A stretch of DNA of 64,000 nt. Source: Candidatus Dormibacteria bacterium (lineage in GTDB: Bacteria > Chloroflexota > Dormibacteria > Aeolococcales > Aeolococcaceae). Of the stretch, positions 59,311-64,000 are shown in pieces (position 1 is the first letter of the stretch; the number at the start of each line of letters is the position of its first letter). The translations under genes and the position numbers were made by a program. The stretch lies in assembly GCA_050734185.1 (NCBI GenBank), contig JBOHUE010000157.1, positions 1,430-65,429 on the forward strand. Direction: 5' to 3'. Below the pieces are notes generated by a model. It was not told where the DNA came from, ran no database searches, and worked only from the letters and a program-made list of their open reading frames with translations.

Positions 59311-60965
59311 TCCTCGGGCCGCAGTATGACCAGCCGCCGGTTGGGTTCGTCGCCGGTGCTGCGCGCCGACATGTCGTGCTGCTCGACGAGCTGATGCTGC
59401 AGCCGGCGCACGAACGAGTTCTGCGGCGCCAGCTCCACCTCGGCGCCCGTCTGCTGCGCGCGGTCGATCCCCTCGCGCGCCTCCTGCAGCGCGATCTCGG
59501 TGGGGTCGGGCTCCTCCAGGTCGAACACCTTCGCCAGCGCTCCCTTGATCTGCGCCACCGTGTTGCTCCGGAGCACCTGGATCGGGATCCCGCTCGACTC
59601 CGCGGTGCGCACCGGGGAGTCACCACGGCGGTAGTAGTTCTTCAGAGTCAGCACGACGTCTGCCTCTTCGACGTGTTGCTGGATGCGCGCCGGGACGCGC
59701 ATCTCGCGCAGCGATTGCTCGAGGTACGTGCGCGACACGCCGTAGGGAAAGATCGAGAGCGGATGGCCGGCTCGCACGACGGGGAGCGCGTCGCCGTCGC
59801 CGCCGCGGTCGCGATCGCGCCGCTGCGTCGACAGGTAATCGTCCACGTCAAAACGGCGGCGACGCTCACGCCCGCGGCGGCGCGCCGTGCCCGTGCCGGT
59901 GCCAGGGAACGGCGCCGTCTCGAACTGCGACGGTTGCAACACGCGTGGGCTCGTGTCGATGCGGCTCACGACCTGTCCCGCCTCGCCGCGCAGGCGCAGC
60001 TGCGGCGGGCGCACGCGGCCACGGAGCGCCTCGTCAACCGTCTCGGCCACGGGCTGATGCACCGCCACGCGGTCGCGCTCCTGGATCTCGACGAGGACGT
60101 CGAACGTCGGCGGCGATTTGCGCTCCAGCACCGACTTCTGCGTGCCGCGGCGGCGCGCCTCCTCGTCGGACAGCGTCACCGTCTGGATGCCGCCCACCAG
60201 GTCGTTCAGCGTGGGGTTGACCAGCAGGTTGTCGAGGTTGGTGCCGTGCGCGGTGGCCACCAGCTGCACGCCGCGCTCGGCGATGGTGCGCGCCGCCATC
60301 GCCTCGAGCTCGATGCCGATCTCGTCGATGACGATGCACTGGGGCATGTGGTTCTCCACCGCCTCGATCATCACCGCGTGCTGCAGCGCCGGCGTGCGCA
60401 CCTGCATGCGCCGTGCCCGGCCGATACCGGGATGCGGGATGTCGCCGTCGCCGGCTATCTCGTTCGAGGTGTCGACAATGACCACGCGCTTGCCCATCTC
60501 GTCGCTGAGCACCCGCGCGCATTCGCGCAGCATCGTCGTCTTGCCGATGCCGGGAGGCCCGAGCAGCAGGATGGACTGTCCGCTGACAACGATGTCCTTG
60601 ATGATGTCGATCGTGCCGGTGACGGCACGGCCGACGCGGCAGGTGAGCCCGACGATGTCGCCCGCGCGGTTGCGAATGGCGCTGATGCGATGCAGCGTCC
60701 GTTCGATACCGGCGCGGTTGTCGTCGCCGAAATCGGCGACGTGCTGCGCCACATAGTCGAGGTCGGCGTGACTCACCTGCGATGAGTCGAGCACCACCTC
60801 GGCATCGGTGAAGCGCGCCTCGGGTTCGCGGCCGAGGTCGAGCACGATCTCGAGCAGGTCGCCGCGGCCCAGCGAGCGTCGCTGTGCAGCGTCGGCGATG
60901 CGGGGTGGAAGCGCTTGGAGGAGCAGGTCGAGCTCCTCTTCCCACGAGGGACCAAAGGGCATCAT
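59307..60965 (-). CDS. SpoIIIAA/ycf45-like P-loop ATPase with C-terminal nucleic-acid-binding (R3H-like) region
   Basis: Walker [12 protein letters not shown], Walker B CIVIDEIG; overall layout like the ycf45 family; R3H assignment tentative. Confidence 0.6.
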   Translation of the reverse strand: MMPFGPSWEEELDLLLQALPPRIADAAQRRSLGRGDLLEIVLDLGREPEARFTDAEVVLDSSQVSHADLDYVAQHVADFGDDNRAGIERTLHRISAIRNRAGDIVGLTCRVGRAVTGTIDIIKDIVVSGQSILLLGPPGIGKTTMLRECARVLSDEMGKRVVIVDTSNEIAGDGDIPHPGIGRARRMQVRTPALQHAVMIEAVENHMPQCIVIDEIGIELEAMAARTIAERGVQLVATAHGTNLDNLLVNPTLNDLVGGIQTVTLSDEEARRRGTQKSVLERKSPPTFDVLVEIQERDRVAVHQPVAETVDEALRGRVRPPQLRLRGEAGQVVSRIDTSPRVLQPSQFETAPFPGTGTGTARRRGRERRRRFDVDDYLSTQRRDRDRGGDGDALPVVRAGHPLSIFPYGVSRTYLEQSLREMRVPARIQQHVEEADVVLTLKNYYRRGDSPVRTAESSGIPIQVLRSNTVAQIKGALAKVFDLEEPDPTEIALQEAREGIDRAQQTGAEVELAPQNSFVRRLQHQLVEQHDMSARSTGDEPNRRLVILRPEE

Positions 60966-62059
60966 GTTCGCGACGATCTCTTTTTCCTCGGTGGCCGGCT
61001 GACAAGGACGTGGAGCGAGACCGGTGATTCGACTGCAGGCACGCTCTGAGCGACACCTGCGCGCACGAGGATCGGTTTCTTCTGCTTGTCACGCGCTGTG
61101 TCACGCAGCCGCACGCGCTGGCCCAACTCACGCACCAGCAGCAGCTGCGCGCCGTAGACGGCGAAGCCTCGCTGTTGCAGCGATCGGATCAGCTCGGAGT
61201 CGTAGTGACGCAGCACGCACGCCGCCGGGCCCGAGGGCAGCTCGGCCAGCACCGCGTCGATGAAGGCGTCGCGCAGCTCGGCGTCGTGCCCGTCGCACAT
61301 GAGCACCAGCTGCGCGGGCCGCGTCGCCGACGGCTGGCGCACCTCCGCCCACGCAACGACTCCGGGACGCTCGAGCACGAAGTGACGCGCGTCGTCGCGC
61401 CCCAGGCGGGCCACGTCGCCCTGGGCGAATCCCGCGAGCCACGCGTTTAGGGTTGGTGCTTCGATCTCCACCACCTGCGACGGCGTGGTGCGCAGATAGA
61501 GCAGGTGGATCGCGGGGATGTCCTCGCGTTTGGCGAGGCGCAGCAGCGCGTCGCCGCCCGCCGGCGGTTCGCCGTGCCCGTCGTCGCGGTACAGGATCTG
61601 CTCGGTGGCGAACTGCGTGAAGTGCTCCTGCAGGAACACGGGGAGCAGCGCATGTCCCTGCGGCAGGCGCACGTGGAAGCGATGCACGCCGCGCTCGAGG
61701 CCGGCGTTGCACAGCGCAGCGATCAGCTGCTGGCGTGCGAAGTGACCCGCGGCCGTCGCGGAAGCGCAGAGGTTCAGGATCTGCCAGGCCTTGGTGCGGC
61801 CGGGCGGCGCCTGCGCCTGGATGAACGCGACCACTCCCTCCGACGGATCGTCGGCGACGAGCAGCGCATCGCTGGTGTCGGTGATGGGCACGAGCGAAGT
61901 GATCGACTTGGTCAGCGCCGACCAGATGCGCAGCAGCGTCGCCTGGGGCACGGGGCTGTCCTGCGACACCTGCGCGGGCGAGTCCTCGTCCTCCACGGCC
62001 TTGCGGTACAGCAGCTCGATGCGCCCCATGTCACGGAACGACGCCGGCCGGATGTTCAT
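60962..62059 (-). CDS. GNAT-like acetyltransferase-fold protein
   Basis: Start at ATG 62059 overlapping the pdxT stop (ATGA); the track ORF 5' extension to 62146 overlaps pdxT. Confidence 0.5.
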   Translation of the reverse strand: MNIRPASFRDMGRIELLYRKAVEDEDSPAQVSQDSPVPQATLLRIWSALTKSITSLVPITDTSDALLVADDPSEGVVAFIQAQAPPGRTKAWQILNLCASATAAGHFARQQLIAALCNAGLERGVHRFHVRLPQGHALLPVFLQEHFTQFATEQILYRDDGHGEPPAGGDALLRLAKREDIPAIHLLYLRTTPSQVVEIEAPTLNAWLAGFAQGDVARLGRDDARHFVLERPGVVAWAEVRQPSATRPAQLVLMCDGHDAELRDAFIDAVLAELPSGPAACVLRHYDSELIRSLQQRGFAVYGAQLLLVRELGQRVRLRDTARDKQKKPILVRAGVAQSVPAVESPVSLHVLVSRPPRKKRSSRT

Positions 62060-62640
62060 GCCACGCTCCGCTCGCGAAGCTCGTCGACGCGCTCGACGAA
62101 GTACCGGTGCAGCCGGATGTCGTCGGTCATCTCGGGGTGGAAGCACAAGCCCAGATGCGGACCCTGCTCCACCGCCACCGGCATGCCGTCGAGCTCGGCG
62201 ATGACGGTGACATCACGCCCCACGTCCACGATCTGCGGCGCGCGGATGAACACACCGCGCAGCGGCACGACACCGAGCGGCTCGACCTCGAGGTCGGCCT
62301 CGAAGGAGTCGACCTGACGTCCGAACCCATTGCGCCGCGTCACGACGTCGAATGTTCCCAGTGTGAGCTGGTCGCTGCGGCCGTCGAGAACCGCGCGGCT
62401 GAGCACGATGAGTCCGGCGCACGTCGCCATCACCGGCATCGCATCATCCAGGCGCGCGCGCAGCGCCGGCTCCAGGCCGAAGACGCGGAGCAGCCGGCTC
62501 ATGGTCGTGGACTCCCCCCCGGGCAGCACCAGCGCGTCGACCGTGGCGAGCTCGTCGGCGGTGCGCACGATCACCGGCTCGGCGCCGGCAAGCGAGAGAG
62601 CGACCACGTGCTCACGCACATCGCCCTGCAAAGCGAGCAC
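62056..62640 (-). CDS. pdxT: pyridoxal 5'-phosphate synthase glutaminase subunit
   Basis: GVLALQGD N-terminus, class I GATase Cys in MATCAG, His/Glu near the C-terminus; GTG start. Confidence 0.9.
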   Translation of the reverse strand: MLALQGDVREHVVALSLAGAEPVIVRTADELATVDALVLPGGESTTMSRLLRVFGLEPALRARLDDAMPVMATCAGLIVLSRAVLDGRSDQLTLGTFDVVTRRNGFGRQVDSFEADLEVEPLGVVPLRGVFIRAPQIVDVGRDVTVIAELDGMPVAVEQGPHLGLCFHPEMTDDIRLHRYFVERVDELRERSVA

Positions 62641-62751
62641 GCCTATCCGCGCGATGGTGCTCGACCTCTCAGCGGACGCGACGCCTCCCTACCCTGCGTC
62701 CGCCGAAACTGAACCGCACCTCTCGAGTGTACCCCCGGCGTGGCCCCTTGG

Positions 62752-63669
62752 TCACCAGCCGCGACTGGCGAGCAACTCCTCCGGGGCCATGCTCGCGATG
62801 TCGAGGCCGCGCATCGCACCGCCGAGGCCGTCGCTCGCCTGTGCAACGACCTCCGGCTTGTCGAAGAACGTGGTGGCGGCGACGATCGCCTTGGCGTAGG
62901 CGGCCGGGTCGTCGCTCTTGAAGATGCCGCTGCCGACGAAGTTGCCCTCGGCGCCGAGCTGCATCATCAGCGCGGCGTCGGCGGGTGTCGCGATACCGCC
63001 CGCCGAGAAGTTCACCACCGGCAGCTTCCCGGTCCGGTGCACCTCCTGTACCAGGTCGAGCGATGCGCCAAGGTGCTTCGCCTCGGCGGCGAGCTCATCG
63101 CCACGCAGCGCCTGCAGGCGGCGGATGCCCCCCTGCATCGCGCGCATGTGTCGCACGGCCTCCACCACGTTGCCGGTGCCCGCCTCGCCCTTGGTGCGGA
63201 TCATCGCGGCGCCTTCGGCGATGCGTCGCAGCGCCTCACCGAGGTCGCGCGCACCGCACACAAAGGGAACGGTGAACTGCCACTTGTCGATGTGATGCTC
63301 TTCGTCCGCTGGCGTGAGCACCTCGGACTCGTCGATGTAGTCGACGCCCAGTGCCTGCAGCACCTGCGCTTCAACGAAGTGACCGATGCGCGCCTTGGCC
63401 ATGACCGGGATCGTGACCGCCGCCATGATCTCCTTGATCAGACCGGCGTCGCTCATGCGCGCCACGCCGCCGTCGCGACGGATGTCCGCGGGGACGCGCT
63501 CAAGCGCCATCACGGCCACAGCACCGGCGTCCTCGGCGATCTTCGCCTGGTCCGGCGTGACCACGTCCATGATCACGCCGCCCTTCAGCATCTCGGCGAG
63601 GCCGCGCTTGACCCGTTCTCCACCTGTGGCGGCGTGATGTCCGTTCGCCGCCGATCGTTCCCTGCTCAT
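62752..63669 (-). CDS. pdxS: pyridoxal 5'-phosphate synthase lyase subunit
   Basis: [18 protein letters not shown], conserved Lys region; start at ATG 63669 with a GGGAG SD (the track ORF starts at 63702). Confidence 0.9.
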   Translation of the reverse strand: MSRERSAANGHHAATGGERVKRGLAEMLKGGVIMDVVTPDQAKIAEDAGAVAVMALERVPADIRRDGGVARMSDAGLIKEIMAAVTIPVMAKARIGHFVEAQVLQALGVDYIDESEVLTPADEEHHIDKWQFTVPFVCGARDLGEALRRIAEGAAMIRTKGEAGTGNVVEAVRHMRAMQGGIRRLQALRGDELAAEAKHLGASLDLVQEVHRTGKLPVVNFSAGGIATPADAALMMQLGAEGNFVGSGIFKSDDPAAYAKAIVAATTFFDKPEVVAQASDGLGGAMRGLDIASMAPEELLASRGW

Positions 63670-63718
63670 GATCGATACTCCCGGGGCCGGGTGCGCCTCC
63701 AACAGCCCCGCCCCGATT

Positions 63719-64000
63719 CTACCCGGCCCAGACGCCGGCGGCGAAGCGGCTCAGCAGCCACACGTTGCTTGCCAGACCCAGCACCGATACGGCCACGGTG
63801 ATCGGGATCCAGCCCCGTGGCAGCCGGCTGCGGAGCAGCGCGAGCGCAAGCAGCCACAGCGGCACGAGCGTTGCCAGGTATCGCGATTGCGCACCGAGAT
63901 TGCCGTTCACGAACGCGACGACCATCGCCAGCGCGCAGTACAACGCCGCCGCACGGTGGCGGCGAATCGCGTACAGAAGCGGCACACCGACGAGCAGCAG
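63719..64000 (-). CDS. membrane protein (partial; 5' end beyond window)
   Basis: Hydrophobic C-terminal helices; the frame stays open to the window edge. Confidence 0.3.
   Translation of the reverse strand: MLLVGVPLLYAIRRHRAAALYCALAMVVAFVNGNLGAQSRYLATLVPLWLLALALLRSRLPRGWIPITVAVSVLGLASNVWLLSRFAAGVWAG

Noticed and set aside
58649-59626. N-terminal 326 codons of the 791-aa ORF 57251..59626
   Set aside because: Antisense to tmk; the kinase begins at the ATG 58648 just after the tmk stop.

Overview
High-GC (about 70%) bacterial chromosome segment, probably actinobacterial, with dense and often 4-bp-overlapping genes. All calls are made by eye from motifs; no BLAST or HMM searches were run.

1. 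Positions 1-23.7 kb hold a cell-envelope glycopolymer and glycosylation cluster. It contains a Wzm/Wzt ABC exporter whose ATPase carries a Wzt_C-type terminal-cap-binding domain, a coiled-coil SAM methyltransferase, four GT4 glycosyltransferases, a Ppm1-like GT2 polyprenyl-phosphate-sugar synthase with two GT-C membrane enzymes, a nucleotide-sugar dehydrogenase and an epimerase. Interleaved with these are three secreted enzymes: a metzincin-like protease, a FG-GAP propeller/FN3 protein and a CHAP amidase. All three end in the same ~42-aa tandem repeat (GYVLDxWGGxHPFGxAP...YWPGWDIARG), present in about 5.5, 6 and 12 copies, which I do not recognise as a named repeat family.

2. Positions 23.8-39.6 kb are housekeeping. 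They begin with tRNA-Lys(UUU) directly abutting an orphan TraG/VirD4-like coupling-protein gene. Then come sucD/sucC, an AI-2E transporter, an acyltransferase-3, the propionyl-CoA to succinyl-CoA module (carboxyltransferase beta, a catalytic-only methylmalonyl-CoA mutase, and the epimerase), a GT87-like membrane protein, and beta-oxidation genes (3-hydroxyacyl-CoA dehydrogenase, SCP2-like protein, membrane Fe-S oxidoreductase, enoyl-CoA hydratase).

3. Positions 39.7-54.9 kb are a visibly lower-GC island that looks like a decaying anti-phage defense island. It carries an AvcD-like nucleotide-kinase-fold plus dCMP/dCTP deaminase protein preceded by an 800-bp noncoding leader, and a 480-aa unknown protein with a PD-(D/E)xK-like motif. 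It also carries two translationally coupled PF13391-type HNH endonucleases with PUA/EVE-like N-domains, which are type IV restriction candidates. The rest is IS3- and IS256-family transposase debris, a frameshifted T5orf172-domain gene, and a 1572-aa sacsin/MORC-like GHKL ATPase ending in a DUF3883/PD-(D/E)xK-like nuclease domain.

4. Positions 54.9-64 kb return to high-GC core genes: an alpha/beta hydrolase, a VOC protein, a cNMP-binding-domain histidine kinase immediately downstream of tmk, an SpoIIIAA/ycf45-like ATPase, a GNAT protein, pdxT and pdxS.

No rRNA and no CRISPR array were found. Many long ORFs in the supplied track are antisense or alternate-frame artefacts of the GC-rich repeats and are listed under noticed_but_rejected. 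Coordinates derived from my own reading of the sequence lines may be off by 1.
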